From: an uncultured Bacillota bacterium
Lineage (GTDB): Bacteria; Bacillota_I; Bacilli_A; RFN20; CAG-826
NCBI GenBank assembly: GCA_949287245.1
Contig: CASEFL010000003.1
Location: forward strand, 67,404 to 131,403
DNA: 64,000 nt
Direction of reading: 5' to 3'
The notes below the pieces were generated by a model. It was not told the origin of the DNA. It ran no database searches and saw nothing but the letters and a program-made list of their open reading frames with translations. Of the stretch, positions 30,215 to 40,206 are shown piece after piece. Every line of letters starts with the position of its first letter. Positions within the stretch are counted from its first letter, which is position 1. A program made the position numbers and the translations under genes.

Positions 30215-31216
30215 TTACCGCTTTCTTCTCTTATAGGAAAATGAACTTCGCGAAAAATGTATAGAAGTTGGCTCTTTTTTCTCAGCCTTTGCTTCTCCAT
30301 AAATTAGATCTTTAAAAACTTTGGGCATCGGAGCCTTAATTTGATAATCCTTTTTTGTGAGAGGATGAATAAAATCTAATTCATAGGCATGTAAACCCAT
30401 TCTGCCTATCGGATTAGAAGGCTCCCCATACTTATCATCCCCAATAACAAAATGACCAATATGACCTAATTGGACTCGGATTTGGTTTTTTCTCCCAGTA
30501 AATATATTTACATCTAGTAAAGCGTACTTTCCTCTTTCAGCAATCTTTTTAAATTTTGTAATTGCTAATTTCCCGATATCTTTTCTTGTTGTGACATAAA
30601 TTTTTTGTGTCTTATCTTGAGCAAGATAGTTTTCTAACGTTCCTTCCTTTTGAATATCGGCTGGTTCCACAATTGCAAAATATCGGCGCGCCTTAACAAC
30701 TTTCGACCAATTTTTTTGTAAGGCTAAACGAGTTTGAATGTTTTTTGCAAAGACAAGTACTCCTGAAGTATCTTCATCTAATCGGTGAACAACAAAGATT
30801 CTCGCCCCTTTATGTTTTGAGGAAATATACTCTGAAACAAGTCGATAAGCGGTTCGTCCCTTTTCTTTATCGGAAGCTACAGAAAGTAGGCCTGAGGGCT
30901 TATCAATCGCGATTAAATCATCATCTTCATAAAGAATAGGAATTGGTCGCGGCATATGATTACGAATTGGTTTCCATGCCAAAGTTACTTCATCTTCATC
31001 ATATAAAGGGAAACGAAAAATATCTGTAGGCACTCCTCCCACCGCAACTTGGTGATTCATGATGATACGTTTTACATTTTTCTCTGATTGTTGGGGAAGA
31101 ATCTGTTTAAGAAATTCTAGAAGCGTTGTTTCATGGTGAACAACATATGTCTTTGTATACTCTGGATTAACTAATCCTTTTTTGCTACGGTTTCTTTTTG
31201 GATCGTTTTTATTCAT
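30215..31216 (-). CDS. RluA/RluD family pseudouridine synthase
   Basis: ILYEDD, DKPSGL, VHRLDEDTSG, TGRKNQIRVQ, GDDKYG, LHA. Confidence 0.93.
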   Translation of the reverse strand: MNKNDPKRNRSKKGLVNPEYTKTYVVHHETTLLEFLKQILPQQSEKNVKRIIMNHQVAVGGVPTDIFRFPLYDEDEVTLAWKPIRNHMPRPIPILYEDDDLIAIDKPSGLLSVASDKEKGRTAYRLVSEYISSKHKGARIFVVHRLDEDTSGVLVFAKNIQTRLALQKNWSKVVKARRYFAIVEPADIQKEGTLENYLAQDKTQKIYVTTRKDIGKLAITKFKKIAERGKYALLDVNIFTGRKNQIRVQLGHIGHFVIGDDKYGEPSNPIGRMGLHAYELDFIHPLTKKDYQIKAPMPKVFKDLIYGEAKAEKKEPTSIHFSRSSFSYKRRKR

Positions 31217-31242
31217 ATCATCTTTGCCCTACAAAATAAGTT

Positions 31243-32097
31243 TTATCTTTCTAAGAACTCTTTTAAGGAGTTCATCTGTTTTTGCATGTCAATTTTACCT
31301 AATTGAACTAGATTTGCTAATTTTTTACGATTTCGTTCAGCAACAGAAACATGCGGAGCAATCGAGGGATATAAACAAAAGACACGATTTTTATCCATAG
31401 ACTCTAGTTCATCCATCTTTTTGTTATATAAGGAGGAACTATTAACATAAAGATCATCCACCATTGGATATGCGTTATACATTTTCTTACAAAGAGCAAT
31501 CGCACTCTTTCTTGGCCTTTTCTTTCGATATCCTTGTTCTCGCGTTAAAACACAAACAATTTTTGTAGCACCTAAAGAAAGTGCTTCCTGATATGGGATA
31601 GAAGAAAGTAGTCCTCCGTCAAGATAAAAATCATTTCTTGCTTCAATAGGTTTTGAAAATAAAGGTAAGGCACAAGAGGCAGCTAATCCAGCCCAAAAAT
31701 CATTGCTTTCTTTTGAAAAAAGAACAGTTTTTCCTTTTGTTATAGAGGTTGCTACTGCATAAAACCTTGCATGATTTTCGCGAAACATTTTTTGATTAAA
31801 AGGGAGCCCGCACTTTGGCAAAACATAAAAAAGATAGTGAAAATCGTATAAAGAACCTTTGGTTAATAAATTAAGAGGAGAAAGTAGTTTTCGATCACGA
31901 ATCTTTTCTTTTAAAAGCAAGGCACTTCGTCCTTTATCTTGAGAAATATAATTAACACCAAGTAAAGCACCAGCAGAAGTACCAATTACTAGGGGAAAAT
32001 ATATTTTTTCTTCAAGAAGAACGTCTAAAACCCCTGCAGAATAAGCCGCTCTTGTTCCTCCTCCTTGAAGAACTAATGCAACATCATTAATTACCAA
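31243..32097 (-). CDS. Patatin-like phospholipase
   Basis: GGGTR, GTSAG, DGG. Confidence 0.92.
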   Translation of the reverse strand: MVINDVALVLQGGGTRAAYSAGVLDVLLEEKIYFPLVIGTSAGALLGVNYISQDKGRSALLLKEKIRDRKLLSPLNLLTKGSLYDFHYLFYVLPKCGLPFNQKMFRENHARFYAVATSITKGKTVLFSKESNDFWAGLAASCALPLFSKPIEARNDFYLDGGLLSSIPYQEALSLGATKIVCVLTREQGYRKKRPRKSAIALCKKMYNAYPMVDDLYVNSSSLYNKKMDELESMDKNRVFCLYPSIAPHVSVAERNRKKLANLVQLGKIDMQKQMNSLKEFLER

Positions 32098-33968
32098 GAA
32101 ACTTCTCCCTTTCGAATGGCTTCTGCGTATATGTCGCGTTGTCTATTCATAGAGTCACGTTCAATTTCCTTTAAATAGGAAGCATATTCTGATTTTTCAG
32201 ACAAATAGGAAAGCATAATAATCCAATAGGTATTCCCATCCTTAACTCCATAAATATTAATATTCGATGTGTTAACACAATAACTATCAGATAAAAAACG
32301 TTTTAAAGCAGCACCCGATACTTCACAAAGAACATTGTCATTATCAAAAGGCAATGCTTGATATAAAGCTCCATAAGTTAAAGTACCAGAAGGCAAATCC
32401 GTTCGTGAACAACCACTATTCACAAAGGCTGCAGATATTTCATAGGTTCCTTTGTACTTCTTTTGATAAAAAGAAAGCATTGCCTGAACACTTTCATTTG
32501 CAATTTGTCCTCTAGATAAACCTGGACAATTTGTCGCGAGAACCTCGTTTTTAATCGGATCAATAATAGAAGAATAATCTTCTATAAGAGAGTCAATGAC
32601 AGGATCGCTTGATAAATAACATAATTCATATCCATCACGCATTTCACCACTTTCGTAAACAAGCGTGTCACCATCCTGCACAAAAGTTAAAGAGTTCAAT
32701 CCATTCCCATTACTCCAACCTTGCGAATGAGGAATTCCATAATCATCAATGTACATATAACCTTGGTGCGTATGACCTTCAAAAATAAGATCAACATACT
32801 CGGAATATTCCTCATCAACATAAAAATCTCCATTATGCACAACTAGCATAACCAAATCGCATTGCTCTTCTTCTTTTAACCTCTTTGCTTCTTCCTGAGA
32901 TAAATCTTCGTAAGTATCAAGGAGTTGATATCCCCCTAAAGAAGAAACGGCAATGCTGTCCTCTAAATCACCAATGGCACCAACAACACCAATTCTCCAG
33001 CCACCTCTTTGAATGATTCGTGAAGAAGAAGCCCAAAAAGGAGAATATCCTTGCGAATCACGTATATTTATTCCTAAAAATGGGAAATTGGCGCGTTCTA
33101 AATTGTCTTCAATGACTGAACTTGTCCAATCGAATTCATGGTTGCCAATGCTCATACTATCAAAACCGACCAAATTCATCCAATCAACCATTAAAGCGCC
33201 ATGTGTCAGATTAGAATCAGCACTTCCTTGCCACATATCTCCTGCAGAAACAATAACAACTTCATCAGGGTTAACTAAAGCACTATTTCTTAAGGAAGAA
33301 CTTAAACGCGATATTCCAGGTTGAGGGTCATTTGGTTGATAACTTACCGCACCATGTGTGTCATTAAGACTATAAAAAGTCATCGAATCTACCTTTTCTG
33401 GTAAAATGTAGTCTCTTACTTCTAATGAAAAATTGAGACTGATTAATTCTATTTCCCCGACAGGAATCGACAAAGACACAAATGGCGTAGGGGTTAAAGA
33501 AACATCCTTTGTATCGTAATAATTAGCTCCTATAACTGAATCAACAATTGAGTATTCAGAGGATTTTATTGCTAAATAACTTCCTTCAGTTAATGTGCCT
33601 TCCCAAGAAACGTTCGTAAAAGAATTAATAGGAGTTTGATTTGTGATATAGCCACCATGTTCTAAAATTAGGCTTCCTTCTTCACTTAATTTTCCATTAC
33701 TTACACGAAAATAAACTTCCTCACCATTTGAAGAAAAATATGTAAAGCCAACAATAGCTTCTCCCTCTTTTTCAAAATCAACTGTAGAAAAATCAAACCT
33801 TAAGCTAGTCTCCTCTAAGGTTACAAGCTCTTCGTCTTCAATTTCATAAATTGAACTTGATGAATAAACAGGAGGAGAATAGCTTTCCACACTGGAAGTA
33901 ATGGAAAATTCACATCCACTAAGGACAAAAATTCCTAATATGAGAGAAAATAATGATATCTTTTTCAT
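32091..33968 (-). CDS. Lipoprotein metallophosphoesterase / 5'-nucleotidase
   Basis: LSG-C lipobox; NDTHG, AGD, GNHEFD, GHTH, PFDN; extra ~170-aa N-terminal beta-rich region. Confidence 0.88.
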   Translation of the reverse strand: MKKISLFSLILGIFVLSGCEFSITSSVESYSPPVYSSSSIYEIEDEELVTLEETSLRFDFSTVDFEKEGEAIVGFTYFSSNGEEVYFRVSNGKLSEEGSLILEHGGYITNQTPINSFTNVSWEGTLTEGSYLAIKSSEYSIVDSVIGANYYDTKDVSLTPTPFVSLSIPVGEIELISLNFSLEVRDYILPEKVDSMTFYSLNDTHGAVSYQPNDPQPGISRLSSSLRNSALVNPDEVVIVSAGDMWQGSADSNLTHGALMVDWMNLVGFDSMSIGNHEFDWTSSVIEDNLERANFPFLGINIRDSQGYSPFWASSSRIIQRGGWRIGVVGAIGDLEDSIAVSSLGGYQLLDTYEDLSQEEAKRLKEEEQCDLVMLVVHNGDFYVDEEYSEYVDLIFEGHTHQGYMYIDDYGIPHSQGWSNGNGLNSLTFVQDGDTLVYESGEMRDGYELCYLSSDPVIDSLIEDYSSIIDPIKNEVLATNCPGLSRGQIANESVQAMLSFYQKKYKGTYEISAAFVNSGCSRTDLPSGTLTYGALYQALPFDNDNVLCEVSGAALKRFLSDSYCVNTSNINIYGVKDGNTYWIIMLSYLSEKSEYASYLKEIERDSMNRQRDIYAEAIRKGEVSW

Positions 33969-34122
33969 AACTACATTATTGCGAGAAAAAGATAGAAAAT
34001 AAATATATAAAATAGATTTATCCTATGAAAAATGGCAACAAGAAATCATTCTTACTTTATGTCCCAGCAATAATTATGGGTATTCTTTCGATTACGATTC
34101 TTATCTTAATTATTGTTTTTGC

Positions 34123-34989
34123 TTAATCTTCATCAGAATTTTTTAATAAAGATGAATACAAATCAATTCTTCTATCGCGGAAAACTCCCCAATCACGGCG
34201 TTTCTCCGCTAAATCATCAAGATCAAAATCATAAAATAAAACAGTTTCCTCTTCGCGATTAGCCTCTTTTAAAATATTCCCATTATTATCGGCAATAAAA
34301 CTAGACCCAAAGAATGTCATAGTGCTATCTTTTGCTTTTTCTACTCCAACTCTATTTGCGGCTAAAACCGGCATCATATTGGCAGCGGCATGTCCACACA
34401 TCACATTTTGCCAGTGCTTCTTTGAATCAACAGGTAAAACTGGTTCCGAACCAATTGCCGTAGGAAAAAGTAAAATTTCCGCACCTTTGATGGCTAAAAT
34501 TCTAGCTGTCTCAGGGAACCATTGATCCCAACAAATCGCTGCACCAATTTTCCCAATTGATGTAGTGGCAACCTTAAAACCAGTGTCTCCTGGCGTAAAG
34601 TAAAACTTTTCTTCATAACATTCACCAGTAGGAATATGGGATTTTCGATAAAGAGATTTTTGAGAACCATCTTTATCGAAGATAACTAAAGAATTGAAAT
34701 AACAATTTCCGCTTTTTTCAAAAAATGATATGGGTAAAATAAGACCTAATTCTTTGGCTTTTTCCGAAAAATGACGTAAGGTTTGCGAAGATTTTGCTTC
34801 TTCTGCCCGTTTAAAGTGTTCATAATCTTCAACTTGGCAAAAATAATGGCCTTCAAATAATTCTGGTAATAACAAAAGGTCCGCCTTTAAGCGACTTGCT
34901 GCGTGACAAAACACGTCAGCTTTTCGAATTGCTTCTTCATAATTATCAGGCATTGAGTATTGGGCCAAAGCAAGACGTACATTTCGCAT
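34123..34989 (-). CDS. aguB: N-carbamoylputrescine amidohydrolase
   Basis: PELF..YFCQ, YRKSHIP...Y.EKFYFTPGDTGF, ICWDQWFPE, PTAIGSEP. Confidence 0.96.
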   Translation of the reverse strand: MRNVRLALAQYSMPDNYEEAIRKADVFCHAASRLKADLLLLPELFEGHYFCQVEDYEHFKRAEEAKSSQTLRHFSEKAKELGLILPISFFEKSGNCYFNSLVIFDKDGSQKSLYRKSHIPTGECYEEKFYFTPGDTGFKVATTSIGKIGAAICWDQWFPETARILAIKGAEILLFPTAIGSEPVLPVDSKKHWQNVMCGHAAANMMPVLAANRVGVEKAKDSTMTFFGSSFIADNNGNILKEANREEETVLFYDFDLDDLAEKRRDWGVFRDRRIDLYSSLLKNSDED

Positions 34990-34990
34990 A

Positions 34991-37609
34991 TTATTTTTCT
35001 CCCTTCCTTAATGGCATCTGCATTGTAATACAGTGAATGTTTCCTCCTCCTAAAAGTATCTCACGAGAATAGATTTGATGAATCTTTTTCTTGGGAAATA
35101 AGGAGGAAATTTTTTCATAGGCAAGTTCATCTTCTTTTACGTGGAATGCGGGCAAAATCACAAAATCTTTTCCTTGATAAAAATTAACATAACTTGCTGC
35201 TAATCTCCGGCCGGCTAAACGTTTATCCATAGTAGTTCTTGTTGCACTTACTCCTCTAGCCTCTTCTTCTTTGATGGTTAAAGGTGGGGTAGGAACAAGT
35301 ATTTTGTGAATTTCAAAAGAACGCCCTTTCGCATCCTTTTGTTCTTTTAAAGCCTCATAGGTCATTCGGCAAAATTCATATTGAGGATCATTTTTTTCTT
35401 CCGTCCAAGCCATAAGCAAAACACCAGGTTTTACAAAAGCCACCATATTATCAATATGTTCATCGGTTTCGTCTTCATAAATCCCATGTGGCACCCAAAC
35501 TATTTTTTCTACTCCAAGATACTCTTTTAAAATTTCTTCAATTTCCACTCTACGCAAAGAGGGATTACGACCTTTTGATAAAAGACATGCTTCTGTACAA
35601 ATTAAGGTTCCTTCCCCATCAACCGCAATTGAACCGCCTTCTAAAACAAACGTTGGATGATAATAGGAAAGCATTTTTAATCTTCTAGAAATCAGATAGG
35701 AAATTCGGTCATCGTCACGATAATTCGTGTAAAGACCATCATAAGCACCACCCCATGCATTAAAACGAAAATCAACGGAACGTACTTGCTTTCCATTTGT
35801 CACAAATAATGGAAAAGAATCTCGTGCCCAAGCATCGTTATATCGAATTGATATCGTAGTAATATTAGGCTCCCCTTCAAACATTGGCGAAACTTTCTTA
35901 TATAAGGAGGGGTGAATACCAACAACAACTTTTTCATGCTCCGCGATAGCTTTTGCTACTTCTAGATAATTTTCTCTTGCTGGCTCCCCTTTTTCTCTCC
36001 ATGTATCTGCGCGAAAGGGCATTAAAAGGAAAGTACATTCGTGCTCATCTCCTTCAAAAGGCAAAGAGTAACCATCCGCGTAGGGAACCGTTTTTCGATT
36101 TTCCATATAATCCGTTAATTTCCTCTCCACAAGAGAGTATTTTTTCCACTGCATGCGGTCAACAACTTCAAAGCCTTTTTCATAACTTTTTAATAAAAGA
36201 ACACCATTTTCTTCATAACGTTTTACTTTATGAATTAGCTCTTTCGTCCATACTTCTCCTGGACAAATTAAAGGAATTCCAGGGGGATACATCATGACTT
36301 GTTCTTTACTAATTTCGCCGTTTAGATTCTCTTCGTCTACAACTTTTCCAGGTGCTTGGAAAGCACTTCTTGGACGAATCAACATATAAGGAAAACCAGA
36401 TTCAAAGTAATGAATAGGATATTCTGTGTTTTTTTGGTAATACTGTTTAGAAATCTCTTTTAAAGCACAAATTAGATGATCAATATGCTCTTTTTTTGTA
36501 GCAAAAGTAAGGATTGCTAAAACTGCATAAGTCTCCGATAACTCCATTTGGATGTTATATTTTTCCCGCAATAAACGATAAAGCTCAAAACCATTTAATG
36601 CTAACTTATCCAAACCAATTAAAAGTTTCGTCTCATCATAATCGTATGCACCACGCTCTAAATAACGTTTCTTTGTTTCGGGAAGAAAACCAGGAATTTT
36701 TTCAATTTCCCTTTCAGCATAACGCGCGAAAGAAAGAGTGTTCTCCATTGCTTTTTTTCCTTCTTTAGAAGCCATAAACACTCTTGCCCCATCAATACTC
36801 CCTAAAAGCAAAGAAGAAGGAGAGGTGGTAGTTAAAATATTAAGCGATTTTTGAATTTCTTCCTTATGAAGTATCCCTTCTTTTAACAAAAGAACAGAAG
36901 ACTGTGTCAAAGAACCTCCTGTTTTATGAAGGGACAAACAAGATAAGTCCGCACCAGCGTCCATAGCAGATAAAGGAGAACCTTCGTAATGAAAATAATA
37001 ATGGGCACCATGTGCTTCATCGACAAACACAGCCATATGATGCATATGAGCAAAATCAACCAACTCTTTTAATGGAGCAACCGCACCAAAGTAGGTTGGA
37101 TTAATAACAAAAATTGCTTTTGCCGAGGGATGACTAACGATTGCTTTTTTATAATTTTCTAGAGTCGGTTGATTCGCAATTTCTAAATTATTATCAATCT
37201 CCGGCATCACATAAATAGGAACTGCACCGCTTAAAATCAAAGCATTAATAACGGATTTGTGAACATTTCGCGGAAGAATAACTTTGTCCCCAGCCTTTAA
37301 ACCTGCAAGAAACATTGCCAAAATTCCGCCGGTTGTTCCGTTTACCGAGAAGAAAGCATAGTCCGCATGTGCCATATCAGCAAAAAGTTTTTCTGCTTCT
37401 AGTAAGACCCCATGAGGGTGGGCTAAATTATCAAGCCCATAAGGCGCATTCATATCAGAAGAAAAGACAGAATTCCCAAATAAAGATGAGGCAATGTTAT
37501 TTGCTCCCGAAAGATGATGCCCAGGGACATCAAAGGAAGTTACATTAAAATGAACATATTCCTCCATTGCTTGAAGGAATGGTGCTCTTTTTTGATCATT
37601 ATTTTTCAC
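34991..37609 (-). CDS. Fusion of PLP fold-I arginine (Orn/Lys/Arg family) decarboxylase and agmatine deiminase
   Basis: N-half DVPGH, VNGTT, PRNVHKS, DEAHGAH, SLHKT, YPPGIP; C-half DAWARD, FNAWGG, LEGG, HIDN, GGNIHCIT; one uninterrupted 872-aa ORF. Confidence 0.93.
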   Translation of the reverse strand: MKNNDQKRAPFLQAMEEYVHFNVTSFDVPGHHLSGANNIASSLFGNSVFSSDMNAPYGLDNLAHPHGVLLEAEKLFADMAHADYAFFSVNGTTGGILAMFLAGLKAGDKVILPRNVHKSVINALILSGAVPIYVMPEIDNNLEIANQPTLENYKKAIVSHPSAKAIFVINPTYFGAVAPLKELVDFAHMHHMAVFVDEAHGAHYYFHYEGSPLSAMDAGADLSCLSLHKTGGSLTQSSVLLLKEGILHKEEIQKSLNILTTTSPSSLLLGSIDGARVFMASKEGKKAMENTLSFARYAEREIEKIPGFLPETKKRYLERGAYDYDETKLLIGLDKLALNGFELYRLLREKYNIQMELSETYAVLAILTFATKKEHIDHLICALKEISKQYYQKNTEYPIHYFESGFPYMLIRPRSAFQAPGKVVDEENLNGEISKEQVMMYPPGIPLICPGEVWTKELIHKVKRYEENGVLLLKSYEKGFEVVDRMQWKKYSLVERKLTDYMENRKTVPYADGYSLPFEGDEHECTFLLMPFRADTWREKGEPARENYLEVAKAIAEHEKVVVGIHPSLYKKVSPMFEGEPNITTISIRYNDAWARDSFPLFVTNGKQVRSVDFRFNAWGGAYDGLYTNYRDDDRISYLISRRLKMLSYYHPTFVLEGGSIAVDGEGTLICTEACLLSKGRNPSLRRVEIEEILKEYLGVEKIVWVPHGIYEDETDEHIDNMVAFVKPGVLLMAWTEEKNDPQYEFCRMTYEALKEQKDAKGRSFEIHKILVPTPPLTIKEEEARGVSATRTTMDKRLAGRRLAASYVNFYQGKDFVILPAFHVKEDELAYEKISSLFPKKKIHQIYSREILLGGGNIHCITMQMPLRKGEK

Positions 37610-37635
37610 GGCTAAAAATTCTAATCATTTCTTCT

Positions 37636-38433
37636 TTATTTAGGGAGAGGGATTAACGATAAATAGAATAAACCTTCCTCAATTCCATCTTCCCAACAAG
37701 GAGGACAAATATGTTGAGCAATCTTTTTTACCTCTTCTTTTGCATTGTCCATAGCAACAAAAGTCCCTACATGCTGAGCCAAGGAAATGTCTTGAATATC
37801 ATCTCCAAATCCAACCGCTTCTTCTTTTTTAATCCCATAATGGTTCAACACTTTTTCTAAAGTTGGTCCTTTATCATGAGGTGCACTAACCACATCGGAA
37901 CCAACATCACAGTATCGATAAAACAAAAGATTAGGATTTTCTTTTTTCATTTCTTCATCCGTATCTTTTTCGCTAAATAAATTAAATAAACAAACTTCTT
38001 CTCCTTGGTATTTTTTAACATCGGGAATCACTTCGCGATAAATCGAATAGTAACGCTTGGCAATATCATTAATTTCCCCCTGACGAATTCTTGTTAAAGG
38101 CTCGACAATTTCACACGTTAATGATCTTTTTTGACAAGAAGCAATGAATTGGCGCGCAGTCTGTTCATCAATAGTGTCCTTATGAATATAGGTTCCTCCA
38201 CCATAAGCTAAAGACCCAGCAGAAGCCACATATCCTTCCCAATATATTCCTAAATCCAAAACCCCCAAACGACGGAAAGAATCGTATGGTCTTGCGGTAC
38301 ATAAAAACAGTTTTATCTCTGGATGAAGTTCTTGACATTTTTTTATCGCGCGAATCGACCCCGGGGCAAATCGTAAATTTTTGTGGTCATAAATTGTCCA
38401 ATCGATGTCAAAAAATATTGCTTTAATATCCAT
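37636..38433 (-). CDS. Cof-type HAD-IIB hydrolase
   Basis: FFDIDWT, CTAR, DKG, FGDDIQD, AMDNA, DGI. Confidence 0.88.
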   Translation of the reverse strand: MDIKAIFFDIDWTIYDHKNLRFAPGSIRAIKKCQELHPEIKLFLCTARPYDSFRRLGVLDLGIYWEGYVASAGSLAYGGGTYIHKDTIDEQTARQFIASCQKRSLTCEIVEPLTRIRQGEINDIAKRYYSIYREVIPDVKKYQGEEVCLFNLFSEKDTDEEMKKENPNLLFYRYCDVGSDVVSAPHDKGPTLEKVLNHYGIKKEEAVGFGDDIQDISLAQHVGTFVAMDNAKEEVKKIAQHICPPCWEDGIEEGLFYLSLIPLPK

Positions 38434-40162
38434 TCTCATCTCCTTGCTGTCGAACAAATTGTTCATACTTTTTTAAAAGAATACGATTTTCTTCCTTAAG
38501 TGTTTCAAGAGGAAGGCGACAATTCATGCGTTTTTCATCCAGAAGACCATTTTGTTCTTGTTCTACATCCGCTAATTGAGTATATACGCATAAACTGAGA
38601 CCATATCTTTCAATATACATTCCCATCTTTTTCATTACTTTTTTAAACTGACGAATAAACCCTGCTTTTGAAAAGGCTAAGCGGTATAGTCGACTACCAA
38701 GGTGGAAGTAAGATACTCCCCCAAATTCTGTTTCTCCTAAAAGACGCGAAGAATCTTTTTTTAACTTTGGATAGTAGTAATAATGGTGGTATCCACGAAT
38801 ATCTCCACTTTTTTTATCAAACCATCCTGAAGCAGATTCAATGAAAATGTTTGAAACTTTCTTTTTAACTTCATGAGTAAGGCGCTCAGTATCAAATTGT
38901 CCCCATCCTTCATTAAATAATGAAATTTCTACAATAGATCCATAAAGAGAAAAATCGTTTAAAAATTGTTGTAGTTCCCGTTCAAAAAAGGCCCGTCCAG
39001 AAGCTTCTTTTCTTCCAAGATGATGATTAGCAACATCGGTTGCGTCAAAGCCAAGAAGTCCAAGAGGTTCTACCCACAATAAAGAAGGCTTTTCTCCCCC
39101 TTGAGGAATATCTTGGAAAATCGCCAAACCAAGAATCATCGCAACATAATAATAAAGTGGTTGTTCAATCTTTTGATGAAGACGAACGCCGCAAAACCCC
39201 GCTCTTTTTACAAATAATAAATCCTGGACAATGCTTTCTTTTGTTGAAGTATACCCCGCTTCACCATGATATCCTTGGTCAAGAAGAAGAGATAAAAATT
39301 GTGGCTTTTCATTCCAATATAAAAGAGAAGTCCCATGAATTTCTCTTTTCTCAATCTTCCTAAATATAGAATAAGTAGTTACCTTATCTTGTCCATAATG
39401 AACAACAATTTGATAGTAGGAAGGATGCTTTAAACTCCACGGATAAAAATCATAACGGAGTGAAAAAGTAACCATGTTGTTATCATCAAGTTTCCCTTCT
39501 GCTACCTTCCTTCCTTCAAAAAAACACTCAGCATAACCTTCCTCTGGCTCATCGCTATCGACAACTACCGTCAATAATCGGTTTTCATAGGAAGGAAGAA
39601 GGCGAAGTTTTTTAATATAAGGGCCATTAGGAAGGCGCTCTAAATAAACACTACGCCAAATGCCTGAAGTTTCCCTATAGCGGATTCCGCCCGATTTCTT
39701 ACTTTGTTTTCCACGAACAAATCTTGGGTCACTAACATCGTCTTTTACCACGACTTCCAACGTATTTCTTCTTCCTAATATAGGCAAATAAACACAAAAA
39801 GGAGAATAACCTCCTTCATGGTGATAAATCTTGATGCCATCCCAATAAATATCCGCAATTTGATCAACTCCTAAGAAATGCAAGTAAGCAGGATAACCAA
39901 TAAATTCTTTGGAAGGGACAATCTCTTTTCGATAACAAAGAAAATGATTGTTAGGAACTCTTTCTCCAATGCCTGACGCTTTTGATTCTGGAGCATAAGG
40001 AACAATGATTTTTCGGGAATAGCTATAAGGACATCTCATTTCCTTTTCAAAGGAAAAATCCCATTCTCCATCAAGAAGCAAAAAACATTCTCTTTGAAAG
40101 AAAGGGTTTGGATGGTTGCTTATTTTCGCGCATAAATTTTCATACTCAGAAGAAAAAAGCAT
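38423..40162 (-). CDS. Glycoside hydrolase family 2 (beta-galactosidase/glucuronidase-like)
   Basis: LDGEWDF, VPY.PES..SG, HEGGY.PF, SGIWRSVYLE, LDQGY, acid/base FNEGWGQF, nucleophile region EFGG, YTQL.DVEQE.NGL. Confidence 0.88.
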   Translation of the reverse strand: MLFSSEYENLCAKISNHPNPFFQRECFLLLDGEWDFSFEKEMRCPYSYSRKIIVPYAPESKASGIGERVPNNHFLCYRKEIVPSKEFIGYPAYLHFLGVDQIADIYWDGIKIYHHEGGYSPFCVYLPILGRRNTLEVVVKDDVSDPRFVRGKQSKKSGGIRYRETSGIWRSVYLERLPNGPYIKKLRLLPSYENRLLTVVVDSDEPEEGYAECFFEGRKVAEGKLDDNNMVTFSLRYDFYPWSLKHPSYYQIVVHYGQDKVTTYSIFRKIEKREIHGTSLLYWNEKPQFLSLLLDQGYHGEAGYTSTKESIVQDLLFVKRAGFCGVRLHQKIEQPLYYYVAMILGLAIFQDIPQGGEKPSLLWVEPLGLLGFDATDVANHHLGRKEASGRAFFERELQQFLNDFSLYGSIVEISLFNEGWGQFDTERLTHEVKKKVSNIFIESASGWFDKKSGDIRGYHHYYYYPKLKKDSSRLLGETEFGGVSYFHLGSRLYRLAFSKAGFIRQFKKVMKKMGMYIERYGLSLCVYTQLADVEQEQNGLLDEKRMNCRLPLETLKEENRILLKKYEQFVRQQGDENGY

Positions 40163-40206
40163 AGATTAATGTTAGCAAAAGAATGTCACAAAGATTACTA
40201 TTTCTC

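Noticed and set aside
36100-36130. Separate aguA start at the internal Met (MENRKT, 36106)
   Set aside because: There is no upstream stop and the GGAGAGG lies about 15 nt away; an internal start is not excluded but is unsupported
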